In this document: in pieces, positions 1 through 8,528 of the stretch | Position numbering within the stretch: position 1 is the first letter of the stretch | Layout of the letters: the number at the start of each line of letters is the position of its first letter | NCBI GenBank assembly: GCA_046861645.1 | Contig: JBHHUM010000038.1 | Location: 1 to 18,729 of the forward strand | Direction of reading: 5' to 3' | From: Fidelibacterota bacterium | GTDB lineage: Bacteria; Fidelibacterota; Marinisomatia; Marinisomatales; UBA2128 | Length of the DNA: 18,729 nucleotides | Program-made: the position numbers and the translations under genes | The notes under the pieces: generated by a model | Databases searched by the model: none | The model's input: only the letters and a program-made list of their open reading frames with translations | Told to the model about the DNA's origin: nothing

Positions 1-2
1 AG

Positions 3-695
3 GGCGAGGTGCTCCTCATCGATGATTTTCCTCAGGATAGTCAAAACAAAGCACAATTCTGGTACCGGACGGTGCTTGACTCACTGCTGGGAAGTAATGG
101 CTTTTCCGTTTGGGAGATAGGTGAAGAGCTCCCTTATTCTACAACTGATCTTAATGCCAATCTAAATTACTTTTCCACAGTCATCTGGTATTCAGCTTAC
201 ACTGGGAAAGAGACTTACGATGAGGCTGGATCAAGTATTTACACTTTTCTCTCCAGTGGAGGAAATTTGTTTTTAAATGCACCTGAACTGAAAGATACCT
301 CTTTTGTCTGGTTCCCTATCGACACTACTTTTGTTCTTAACCCCTCTGGAAGGTTGCTAACCGGACGAAAGCTTGAATCACAGATAGATACTACACTTGA
401 CTTAGTGGTTTCCAAATTAGTGGCTATTCGCGTAAAAGGTTATGAAAACGATGTAATTAAACACCCTAATTTCAGAAGTCTTTATCGTTTGCAAGAACCG
501 GGAAGCGGGGATGAATGGAATGATACCCCTAATGTCTGTGGATTATACCAATTTGAAGTGGGATTAGGCCAACTCTCAGGCAAAGCTGTATTGATGACGA
601 TTCCTTTACATAATGGTTCTAATCCTGTGTTGGAGGGTAGTGGCTCCGCCAGCAAATTCATAGAATATCTGTTTGAAGAGGAATTTTCTCCATGA
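3..695 (+). CDS. Hypothetical protein, 5'-truncated by the window; C-terminal alpha/beta domain resembling a class I glutamine-amidotransferase-like fold
   Basis: The frame is open from base 3 (GGC GAG GTG...), so the listed GTG at 9 is probably not the true start. It contains 'VLLIDD', 'VIWYS' and 'FLSSGGNLFL', which resemble non-catalytic GAT-like domains of FCB envelope proteins. Its stop overlaps the next ATG (ATGA, 692-695). Confidence 0.6.
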   Translation, partial: GEVLLIDDFPQDSQNKAQFWYRTVLDSLLGSNGFSVWEIGEELPYSTTDLNANLNYFSTVIWYSAYTGKETYDEAGSSIYTFLSSGGNLFLNAPELKDTSFVWFPIDTTFVLNPSGRLLTGRKLESQIDTTLDLVVSKLVAIRVKGYENDVIKHPNFRSLYRLQEPGSGDEWNDTPNVCGLYQFEVGLGQLSGKAVLMTIPLHNGSNPVLEGSGSASKFIEYLFEEEFSP

Positions 696-3454
696 AACAC
701 CTAAAAGTTTTGATGCTTCTACTTCCTTTACTGCTGCACAGCCAGCAAAGAGTTACTCTGGAGGGTACAGTCAGAGATTCTGAGACAGGGGAGCCTTTAC
801 CGGGTGTCAATGTAATAATCAAGGGCACATACTATGGTGCTGCTACCGCAGCTGACGGCACCTATCATATCTCTGATGTTTCACCGGGGAGTTATGACAT
901 GGAAATATCTATGGTAGGTTACAAGGTTCTCTTAAAAACGGGCGTGAAGATTGAAAAGGGCGTTACGGTCATTGAAAACTTCGACCTGGAGCAGACTGTG
1001 CTGGCCTTGGGTGAAGAAGTGGTAGTGTTGGGAAAGAAGCCCCTTTTCAATGTCGACGAAACAGCGTCTCTAACACGGGTTTCCAGTGATGATATCCAAA
1101 ACAAGATTGTGAATACAGTTGAGGATATTCTTTCCGAGCAGATTGGAGTTACCACTGTAGACAACGAAATTCACATCCGTGGGGGCCGGATCGATGAAAG
1201 CCTTTTCATAATAGATGGTTTATCTATTAAGGATCCTCTTTCCGGTTATGGGGGCAACTTATTCGTTAACGCCGAATCTATCGACAATCTGGAAATCATC
1301 ACCGGAGGATATAATGCCGAGTACGGTCAGGCTATGTCCGGCGTGATCAATATCCGGTTGAAGGAGGGACGGGACAAGTACGAAGGAAGCCTGAAATATG
1401 CCAGTGATAACTGGGGGTTTTCCCAAAAATTTTTCAATCACTATAATACGGATCACCTCGAGTTTAATCTGGGGGGGCCCGCACCCTTACTGGAACTCCT
1501 GCCTAAAGTTACAGGACTTGATCTACCTGGTCGGTTCTCTTTATTTGCCAACGGTTATGGTGAAATGAGCGATACTCACCTTCCTGCTGCCCGTCGGCTC
1601 TTCCCACATCGTAATTGGTCACTACCAGGGTTAAGCGATGCACAGGCAGATGAGCTGCTAAAAAGAATAACACCCCGTCAACAAAACGACTGGCATCTTC
1701 TCTACAAGTTAACCTGGGAGATAACAAATCAAAAAAAATTAGCAGTTTCTTATGACCTGTCTCTGAATGTAAATCAGGGATTCTTCATGCCCAGAGCCTT
1801 CTCTTCAACTTACTATCCCTATCGGTATCAAGAGATTCTTGATCAATATAATACCATTACCAGAGAATCTCGCTTACTGAATATAAACTGGGTTCATACT
1901 CTCAGTCCACAAACGTTTTATGAGGCTACTTTTGGACGTTTTCTCACCTTGGAACATAGCGCCGTGCAGGATCTGCACTGGAGCGAATACCGGGAACGAC
2001 TGGACTTGGAACCCATTAATTACACTATTCAGGACCGGGATGGAAACGTGGATATTACTTTAGGAGATGAGTTTTATGATACCGGGGTCTCCAGTGAATG
2101 GTATGATATCTCCAGCGATAATTACCGGCTGGATCTGGATTGGACTCACCAGACAAAATCACGCCAGAAAATGAAAGCTGGCTTGGAAATTACTTATACC
2201 GAAATGCAAGTGCTGGATATAGATGAACCGTGGACTGGAGAGACTGGATTAGGCAGCAACTACGATGCCTATCGGGCCAATACTACCTTTGGTGCTTTCT
2301 ACGTGCAGGATCGCATCATCTTCGAAGGAATGACAGTCAATTTAGGACTCCGTTATGATTTCTGGTTCCCTGGTAAATATGTAGAACGGGCCATTGCTGA
2401 TTCAAATATTGTAGTCATCACCGATGCTGCCAGACAATTATTTCAAGAGGAGACATTTGATCTTTTAGGCTACCGTATCAAGGGACGTGTTAGTCCCAGG
2501 GTCGGTATTTCTCATCCCGTGACAGACAATGATGTTCTCTATTTCTATTACGGACACTTCTCACAACTGCCTACTTTTCAATACGTTTATGCCAAACTAA
2601 CCTCCTCTTCACCCTCCACATACCAGGTTTTCGGTAATCCCAATCTTAATCCAAAGACTACCGTTCAGTACGAGCTGGGAATTAAACACAGATTCAGTGA
2701 GGATCAAGTGTTAGAGATGAAGGCCTATTGGAAAGATATGTTTGACTACGAAACATCTCAATCCATCCGACCATCTAATCCCAAGTACTCACATATGAGC
2801 TTCCTGATGTATTTGAATGCAGATTATGCCCGTTCTCGTGGGGTAGAAATCATTCTGAAGAGCCGCCTGCTGAAAAACTTTTATGCTGACGTCAACTTCA
2901 ACTATTCTATCGCAACTGGAAAAAGCTCCAACCCTAATGATAATCTCCTGGTAGAATCGGGTCAGATTCGCGAAAAACCACTTAATGAGGTGTTCTTGCG
3001 CTGGGATAAACCCGTCCAGTTGTTCGCCAACCTATCGTATAATCATCCCTCTGGGTTGGGTGCTTCTTTAAGATTAGAATACGAAACCGGCCGCAGATAT
3101 ACCCGTGCCATCGCTGATACTATCCGGGAAGAAAACGGTGTGCGGTACTATCAGGGTGTCTTTGAAGACGAGAAACCATATTTTTACTTCAGTAAAATCC
3201 CCATTACCAACACAGATCTAAAACTGTACAAAAGATTTGAATTAGGTTCTTTCAGCTACAGATTTTATCTGGAGATAGAAAATCTCTGGGATCAACATAT
3301 ACCCCGACGCATCAACCCTTATACTGGACGTGGGTATAATCCTGGAGAAATTATTCCCTACAGCATGATCGACAGTCCCAACCCCAATTACAATCCCTCC
3401 CGTTTCCGCAGGCCACGGTCCATCGAATTGGGATTACAGATATTCTTTAGATGA
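692..3454 (+). CDS. TonB-dependent outer-membrane receptor (N-terminal carboxypeptidase-regulatory-like domain, plug, beta-barrel)
   Basis: 920 aa with signal peptide MKHLKVLMLLLPLLLHS. The N-terminal domain reads 'GTVRDSETGEPLPGVNVIIKGT...DGTY'. It has a TonB-box-like 'EEVVVLG', plug motifs 'IHIRGGR...FIIDG' and 'ITGGYNAEYGQAMSGVINI', barrel motifs 'LGLRYD', 'SPRVGISHP' and 'GNPNLNP..TVQYELG', and a terminal 'PRSIELGLQIFF'. Confidence 0.93.
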   Translation: MKHLKVLMLLLPLLLHSQQRVTLEGTVRDSETGEPLPGVNVIIKGTYYGAATAADGTYHISDVSPGSYDMEISMVGYKVLLKTGVKIEKGVTVIENFDLEQTVLALGEEVVVLGKKPLFNVDETASLTRVSSDDIQNKIVNTVEDILSEQIGVTTVDNEIHIRGGRIDESLFIIDGLSIKDPLSGYGGNLFVNAESIDNLEIITGGYNAEYGQAMSGVINIRLKEGRDKYEGSLKYASDNWGFSQKFFNHYNTDHLEFNLGGPAPLLELLPKVTGLDLPGRFSLFANGYGEMSDTHLPAARRLFPHRNWSLPGLSDAQADELLKRITPRQQNDWHLLYKLTWEITNQKKLAVSYDLSLNVNQGFFMPRAFSSTYYPYRYQEILDQYNTITRESRLLNINWVHTLSPQTFYEATFGRFLTLEHSAVQDLHWSEYRERLDLEPINYTIQDRDGNVDITLGDEFYDTGVSSEWYDISSDNYRLDLDWTHQTKSRQKMKAGLEITYTEMQVLDIDEPWTGETGLGSNYDAYRANTTFGAFYVQDRIIFEGMTVNLGLRYDFWFPGKYVERAIADSNIVVITDAARQLFQEETFDLLGYRIKGRVSPRVGISHPVTDNDVLYFYYGHFSQLPTFQYVYAKLTSSSPSTYQVFGNPNLNPKTTVQYELGIKHRFSEDQVLEMKAYWKDMFDYETSQSIRPSNPKYSHMSFLMYLNADYARSRGVEIILKSRLLKNFYADVNFNYSIATGKSSNPNDNLLVESGQIREKPLNEVFLRWDKPVQLFANLSYNHPSGLGASLRLEYETGRRYTRAIADTIREENGVRYYQGVFEDEKPYFYFSKIPITNTDLKLYKRFELGSFSYRFYLEIENLWDQHIPRRINPYTGRGYNPGEIIPYSMIDSPNPNYNPSRFRRPRSIELGLQIFFR

Positions 3455-4461
3455 AGCGTTTCACTACAGCAATTTCCTTCTCGTTGTTGATGCTGACGAT
3501 TTCTCCAGCTCAACAGAATTTCTTCCCCATCCTGGGTGGTCAAAGAGCCGGGACATCCATTTTTACCTTCCTTAAGATTGGAGTGAGCGCTCGCGCTGTT
3601 GGGATGGGGGAAGCAGTCATAGCACTTAACCAGGATGCCACCGCCCTCTACTACAATCCCGCCGCAGTCGCCCAACTCAAGAAGACACAACTGTCTGCTG
3701 CCCGAGTGCAGTGGCCAGCTGAAATTTACTACGACTTCATGGGTATATCTCGACGCCTTTCCGGTCGGCATTTCGTAGGATTCAGTATGGGGATATTGCA
3801 TATGTCACCCATGGAGGAAACCACAGAACTAATGCCTCATGGCACAGGAAACTATTTCGTTTATCAGGACCGATTCCTGGCGCTTACTTACAGCACTTCA
3901 CTATCCGACCGATTCAGTTTCGGGATTACCTTCAAACAGGTGAGTGAAAATTTGGCTGGCAACCTGATGCAAACTGTGATGATGGATCTGGGGACTTTTT
4001 ACTGGACTGGATATAAAACACTCCGCTTCTCCGCAGTCCTCTCCCACTTCGGTCCCAATGCCAAACCAGAAGGGACGTACATCAGGCGAGTATTGGATCA
4101 CGAAACGGGTGAAGAGAGTGAAATAAAATCAGATTTCGAAGCTTTCTCACCTCCTACCGTTTTTAGAGTAGGTACTGCCATGGATGTCATCGAGGGTAAG
4201 CATCACCGATTATCATTGGCCGGACAATTGAACCATCCAGTAGACAATGCTGAGAACATTTCATTAGGAGCCGAATACTGGCTTCTAAACACGCTCGCCT
4301 TCCGGGGAGGTTATAAGTTGAATAAAGAGGAGGAGAACTTTTCTCTGGGATTGGGGCTCTATCTCCCTACTGGTCCCTTCCAACTTCGAGTAGATTATTC
4401 CTACACCAATCAGACGCATTTAACAAATCCAGCAAGACTGAGCCTCGGGTTGGTTTTCTAA
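3451..4461 (+). CDS. PorV/PorQ-family outer-membrane beta-barrel protein (T9SS shuttle-like, FadL-like)
   Basis: 336 aa with a signal peptide and the PorV-type N-terminal signature 'FLKIGVSARAVGMGEA...DATALYYNPA'. Amphipathic strands include 'LGAEYW...LAFRGGY' and 'LRVDYSY', and it ends in Phe. ATGA overlap with the TBDR stop. Confidence 0.87.
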   Translation: MKRFTTAISFSLLMLTISPAQQNFFPILGGQRAGTSIFTFLKIGVSARAVGMGEAVIALNQDATALYYNPAAVAQLKKTQLSAARVQWPAEIYYDFMGISRRLSGRHFVGFSMGILHMSPMEETTELMPHGTGNYFVYQDRFLALTYSTSLSDRFSFGITFKQVSENLAGNLMQTVMMDLGTFYWTGYKTLRFSAVLSHFGPNAKPEGTYIRRVLDHETGEESEIKSDFEAFSPPTVFRVGTAMDVIEGKHHRLSLAGQLNHPVDNAENISLGAEYWLLNTLAFRGGYKLNKEEENFSLGLGLYLPTGPFQLRVDYSYTNQTHLTNPARLSLGLVF

Positions 4462-5840
4462 TGAGTCATCTCCGGTTATTAGTACTGTTATGTTTTCATT
4501 TGTTTACCACCAGTTGTGTGGAGAAAATGTCTCTACCCACAGAAATTAACGCTCCTCCAGACTTCTCAGCAGGTGATACTACTTACCTGATGCTCTCACC
4601 AATTTGGGATAATCTAAGTCACGATCTGCTCTCACCGATAGAAATTTCAATCGCACCTGATGGTCATCTCTTCGTGGCAGATTCCGCTGCACATCAGATA
4701 CATGTATTGGGACAGGATGGAGAAATCCTGGAAGGGTTTGATGCTCTAAGGAATTTAGTCAAAACTGACGGCACTATTATCAGCCCCATCGATGTGGATG
4801 TGGATGGAAAGATGAATGTTTTCTTCATTGAAGGCGATGGTACAATCTACCGTTGGAATCAGTTGTGGAACCAAATAGGTGTCGATTCATTAGCTTCCGC
4901 AGGAACATTTCTCAATACTATTTCTGGTGACACACTGGTACTCACTCCCGAAACATCTAGCTGGCTGGAAATAGTTAACAGTGAGGAGTGGGAAATGATC
5001 GCCATCTCCTGGACAAGTAATCTGGGTAAAGCAGACTCAATCCTTACCCCCCATGTTTTCTTCGATGCAACATCCGAAGAAGCCCAATTTGATGATATCT
5101 ATTACAACAGCGAACAATCAGAATATTCCGGTCTTTCCACCTCTAACCAGGACAACTTCCTCTACGTGATGGATAGCTTTCACGATCGTCTTGTGCGAAT
5201 TGATTTCCGACGTCGGGATTTACTTTTGTTAAAAAATGGTCAGGTCGTTTGGGCTCATGATGGTACTTTCGGACACACGGCAGTTGGTTGGGGAACTGGA
5301 GCAGGAACAGTTAATGATCCAATAGCTATTGATGTGGACTATGCAGGTAATATCTATTACGCTCAATTAGGAAACTATTTCTCTATCCATAAGATTAATC
5401 CCTCCTCGTCTGATGGCTATGTAAGCTATCCGTCGGTATTCCAGGAAGGTGAAAATGACATCATGGATTTGGGTCGTTTCTCCAACCCGATGGATGTGGC
5501 AGTAGATCAAAAACAAGCTGTATACATAGCTAACGCCGGAGCACAGGAAATTCAGGTTTTCAATGCTGATGGAAGTTTCTTTATGAAAGCTGGCGTTAAC
5601 CTTCATCGGATCGAGAAATCGAAATGGAATCCTGGTTCTTCTGCTGGAGAGGTTGTCGATTCTACCGAAACGGACGGTATTATCTTTTATGTCATCGAAG
5701 AAAAGGGAATTCTCGAGTCCCCTCAAGCTGTAGCTGTCAATGACCAGAAGGTGATTTATGTATGTGACACACCCAATTCGAGAATCGTCCGGTACGCTTT
5801 GTCTAATACTTTAGATGAGGACCTGGTAGATAATCCTTAG
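4461..5840 (+). CDS. Lipoprotein with NHL repeats (6-bladed beta-propeller)
   Basis: 459 aa with a lipobox-like 'LFTTSC'. Six NHL-like blades: PIEISIAPDGHLFVAD, PIDVDVDGKMNVFF, YSGLST..FLYVMD, PIAIDVDYAGNIYYA, PMDVAVDQKQAVYIAN, PQAVAVNDQKVIYVCD. TAATG overlap with the upstream stop. Confidence 0.8.
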   Translation: MSHLRLLVLLCFHLFTTSCVEKMSLPTEINAPPDFSAGDTTYLMLSPIWDNLSHDLLSPIEISIAPDGHLFVADSAAHQIHVLGQDGEILEGFDALRNLVKTDGTIISPIDVDVDGKMNVFFIEGDGTIYRWNQLWNQIGVDSLASAGTFLNTISGDTLVLTPETSSWLEIVNSEEWEMIAISWTSNLGKADSILTPHVFFDATSEEAQFDDIYYNSEQSEYSGLSTSNQDNFLYVMDSFHDRLVRIDFRRRDLLLLKNGQVVWAHDGTFGHTAVGWGTGAGTVNDPIAIDVDYAGNIYYAQLGNYFSIHKINPSSSDGYVSYPSVFQEGENDIMDLGRFSNPMDVAVDQKQAVYIANAGAQEIQVFNADGSFFMKAGVNLHRIEKSKWNPGSSAGEVVDSTETDGIIFYVIEEKGILESPQAVAVNDQKVIYVCDTPNSRIVRYALSNTLDEDLVDNP

Positions 5841-5849
5841 AAAAGGATA

Positions 5850-7634
5850 CTATTTAAGTAAAATGACCTTTTTTGACATCTGTTTTTCTCCTGCTGTCAA
5901 GCGGTAAATATAAACGCCGCTGACTATTTGAGATGCATCCCACTTCACCTTGTGTATACCAGCCCCCATTCTATTACTTTCCCCGCCATGGCGGCCAATC
6001 AGCTTCGCCACTTCCCGTCCGAGGACATCGAAAATGATCAACTCCACATCATTTACTTCTGGTAGATTGAACTGGATGGTGGTGGTCGAATTAAACGGAT
6101 TAGGATAAGCACTCAGCAGAATCATCTCCGACGGAATAGACTTCACATCATCCACTGATACATCTGAATTCGCCTCACCCGGCGTGCCGAAGTCGCCATC
6201 CCCGTAAGGAGTGGTTGATTCCGTCCAGTTTGCACCCACATTTATGTCGCTCTCCAGATCGAGCAGTGCCATGGAAGCACCAGTTGGATCAGGAAAATCA
6301 GGACCACCATCATATTCCACCCGACACACTTCCAAACCCTCACCATTCAGAATTATAATTTCATCCTCACTATTAGCCAGAGCAATAGAAGAATAGTCAT
6401 AATCAACTTCTACACCTCCGTTCAGGGAAAAATCTCCATTTCTACCCAATATAAAATATTCACCTGGTTCAATCACAACTGGTTCAGTATCCACTATGAT
6501 ATGGCTGTCAGAACCATTATCCCGGATAGTCCAATTACGAAGATCAAAACTTTCGATGTCAGCATTGTAAATCTCGAACCATTCACCATAGGAATCACTG
6601 ACCGCGCTGGGGTTCTGCATAATTTCCGTGATAATGATATTCTCGTCAGCTTCAGCCATTCCTACGAACTCGAGTTCCAGATAGACCGGAAGGTGATCAG
6701 ACGCCTCCACAAGGGCATCGGCAACATTGTCCGGAACGGCGGAGTTGCCGCCGGAATTGATGGCTTGGTTGAAGTGATTCCCGTCGTTCCCAACAGAGAT
6801 ATAGGTCCCTTCCACATAGTTCAGACTCGAGTAAGCCAGCAAACCGGCCGAAGCGAGAATGAAATCGAACCGGTCGTCCAGACCACCATAGTTCTGACCA
6901 TTGTAATAAGCCCGTGAAGATTGAGAGTGAACAGCGGCAAAGGCGTCATTGTTATGCCAATAACCAATTTCATCGATGGGATCGTAGAGACGGCCGTCGT
7001 TATCACTCTGTGATTCGGTGAGACGCTGAAAACCGCCTTCATCGGAGAAGTAAAAATTGAAATCACCCAGCACAAAAAAGTGCTCATCAAAATCCAGACC
7101 ATTCAGATAATCTCTGAGGCTTTGTGCTTGCTGCTCCCGGTCAGCCTCATCATCATCGCCGGTACCTGCTTTCAGATGAACGCCATAAAGCCGGAACTCT
7201 TCCCCTGTGTCTAAGTGGGTTACTACACACTCCAAGGCATCACGATAACCCCAGTTCGAGGAGATGTCAATTGTAGTCACACTAATTATATCGAATATAT
7301 CCGGTTTATAATAGAGAGCAATATCTACATCCGTTGTACTTTGATCTATGAAGGCACCATCATACAAGCCCGCTGTACTATAATTCAGAACATCGTCCCT
7401 GAAATGATTAAAACCTGTGGTCCCATGTACCTCTTCTGCCATGATGATATCCGGCTCAACATAATCGATAATTATCCGTAAATCGTCTTCCCGGGAATCA
7501 TCATCAGAACTGGTACCCTGATAGTTCAAAATATTATATGTCATTATCCTAGCGTCGTAAATAGTTTGGGAAAACAGTGGCACTGCGAAAACTATCGCCA
7601 GTAAAATAACGTTATGTGTTAAGTGTCTGAACAA
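5850..7634 (-). CDS. Secreted endonuclease/exonuclease/phosphatase (EEP) family protein with lamin-tail domain and T9SS type A C-terminal sorting domain
   Basis: 594 aa, TTG start preceded by AGGAG, with a signal peptide. EEP motifs: 'TYNILN', 'PDIIMAEE', 'VHLKAG', 'LGDFN', 'RFDFI', 'SDHLPV'. Lamin-tail motifs: 'IIITEIMQNP..GEWFEIYN..DLRNWTI..GTPG'. CTD: 'AYPNPFN...IFDVLGREV...SGVYIYRL...KKVILLK'. Confidence 0.88.
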   Translation of the reverse strand: MFRHLTHNVILLAIVFAVPLFSQTIYDARIMTYNILNYQGTSSDDDSREDDLRIIIDYVEPDIIMAEEVHGTTGFNHFRDDVLNYSTAGLYDGAFIDQSTTDVDIALYYKPDIFDIISVTTIDISSNWGYRDALECVVTHLDTGEEFRLYGVHLKAGTGDDDEADREQQAQSLRDYLNGLDFDEHFFVLGDFNFYFSDEGGFQRLTESQSDNDGRLYDPIDEIGYWHNNDAFAAVHSQSSRAYYNGQNYGGLDDRFDFILASAGLLAYSSLNYVEGTYISVGNDGNHFNQAINSGGNSAVPDNVADALVEASDHLPVYLELEFVGMAEADENIIITEIMQNPSAVSDSYGEWFEIYNADIESFDLRNWTIRDNGSDSHIIVDTEPVVIEPGEYFILGRNGDFSLNGGVEVDYDYSSIALANSEDEIIILNGEGLEVCRVEYDGGPDFPDPTGASMALLDLESDINVGANWTESTTPYGDGDFGTPGEANSDVSVDDVKSIPSEMILLSAYPNPFNSTTTIQFNLPEVNDVELIIFDVLGREVAKLIGRHGGESNRMGAGIHKVKWDASQIVSGVYIYRLTAGEKQMSKKVILLK

Positions 7635-7672
7635 CTAATCTGCTACTCCTGTCATAAGAAATTACGCCTCCT
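7635..7672 (-). promoter_or_regulatory. Tandem Shine-Dalgarno-like sites with a 6-codon upstream ORF (MTGVAD*) in the nuclease leader
   Basis: The minus strand reads AGGAGG(7672-7667), 11 nt, then ATG ACA GGA GTA GCA GAT TAG (7655-7635), followed directly by TTG (7634). A second AGGAG (7650-7646) lies 11 nt before the TTG. Confidence 0.45.
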
Positions 7673-7721
7673 GATGAAGGAATGCTGTGATTTTCTGAAA
7701 GAAATTTTACTTTGAAACAGA

Positions 7722-8528
7722 TTAATTTACTGCTGCGGAAGCATATCCAAAATGAAATCCCTGTTCACGCAACACAGGTATCATCTGTCTTATGGCCTGT
7801 AGTGTCTTTTTCCTGGGATGACCAATACCGATCGCTACACCCTCACTCTTGGCTATACGTGCCAGTTGTTCAATCTGCTTCTTGATATAGCGGAGATCGT
7901 TTTCATTATCGAGGAAAATCCTCCTTCTTTCCGTTGGTACTCCTACTGCTTTCATCACTTCTTCTGCCAATGTCTTTTTGGTTGTACGGCTATCAATAAA
8001 ATATTTTCCCAAGCTCTTTAACTCATCCGCAAGAATCTGCATGACACGCCTGTTTTCTGTTGCTAGTGATCCCTGATGATTGTTCATCCCCTCCGCCTGA
8101 GGTAGTTTCTGGAAAGCCGATCGAACTCTGGTCCTGATTTCTTCTTCTGTCATTGCCCGGGTAATTATGTAACTTTCTTCTCCTGCCCGGTGATCATGGG
8201 TTTCCATCGGCATGTGCACAATTACCTGGTGACGAGCTTCATGGGCTAATCGGGCTATTCGTCGTGAGTAAGGGTGACCGGGAAGAATAGAGCAAGTAAG
8301 GGGAATATCCAAATGGATGAAGCTGCGTACTACGTCGGAAATATTATAACCAAAGTCATCAATGATAAAACAGATGATGCCTCGGACACGTACTTCCTCC
8401 AGTGGTGTATCTGAAGTCACTTCCTTTATTATCTGATCTTCCTTCAGGTTATAATACAGGATTAGAGTCAGTAGACCCAGTACAAGGATAAATAGTAGTG
8501 ATAATCCTTTGTCCCTCTTTCTAGTCAC
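7722..8528 (-). CDS. Divergent polysaccharide deacetylase family protein (YibQ-like), N-terminally membrane anchored
   Basis: 268 aa with family motifs 'IIDDFG', 'VHMPME', 'NNHQGS', 'FIDSRT', 'RIFLDN' and 'IGIGHP', and a hydrophobic N-terminal segment LSLLFILVLGLLTLILYY. GTGA overlap with the upstream stop (8525-8528). Confidence 0.9.
   Translation of the reverse strand: MTRKRDKGLSLLFILVLGLLTLILYYNLKEDQIIKEVTSDTPLEEVRVRGIICFIIDDFGYNISDVVRSFIHLDIPLTCSILPGHPYSRRIARLAHEARHQVIVHMPMETHDHRAGEESYIITRAMTEEEIRTRVRSAFQKLPQAEGMNNHQGSLATENRRVMQILADELKSLGKYFIDSRTTKKTLAEEVMKAVGVPTERRRIFLDNENDLRYIKKQIEQLARIAKSEGVAIGIGHPRKKTLQAIRQMIPVLREQGFHFGYASAAVN

Noticed and set aside
1471..1738. Homopolymers G7 (1471-1477) and A8 (1731-1738) in the TBDR, and C7 (14151-14157) and T8 (14802-14809) in sprA, as phase-variation sites
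   Set aside because: The runs are short, the frames are intact, and Gly, Lys or Glu codons explain them.
482..5726. Minus-strand ORFs opposite the plus-strand cluster (e.g. 3388..3801, 5367..5726)
   Set aside because: They are antisense to strongly supported genes and have no domain features.
692..5840. Classical SusC/SusD polysaccharide utilisation locus
   Set aside because: No SusD-like gene follows the TBDR, and no glycoside hydrolase or regulator is visible in the window.
5833..5848. Hairpin as a bidirectional rho-independent terminator
   Set aside because: The stem is only 6 bp and AT-rich, with no U-tract, so it is not annotated as a terminator.
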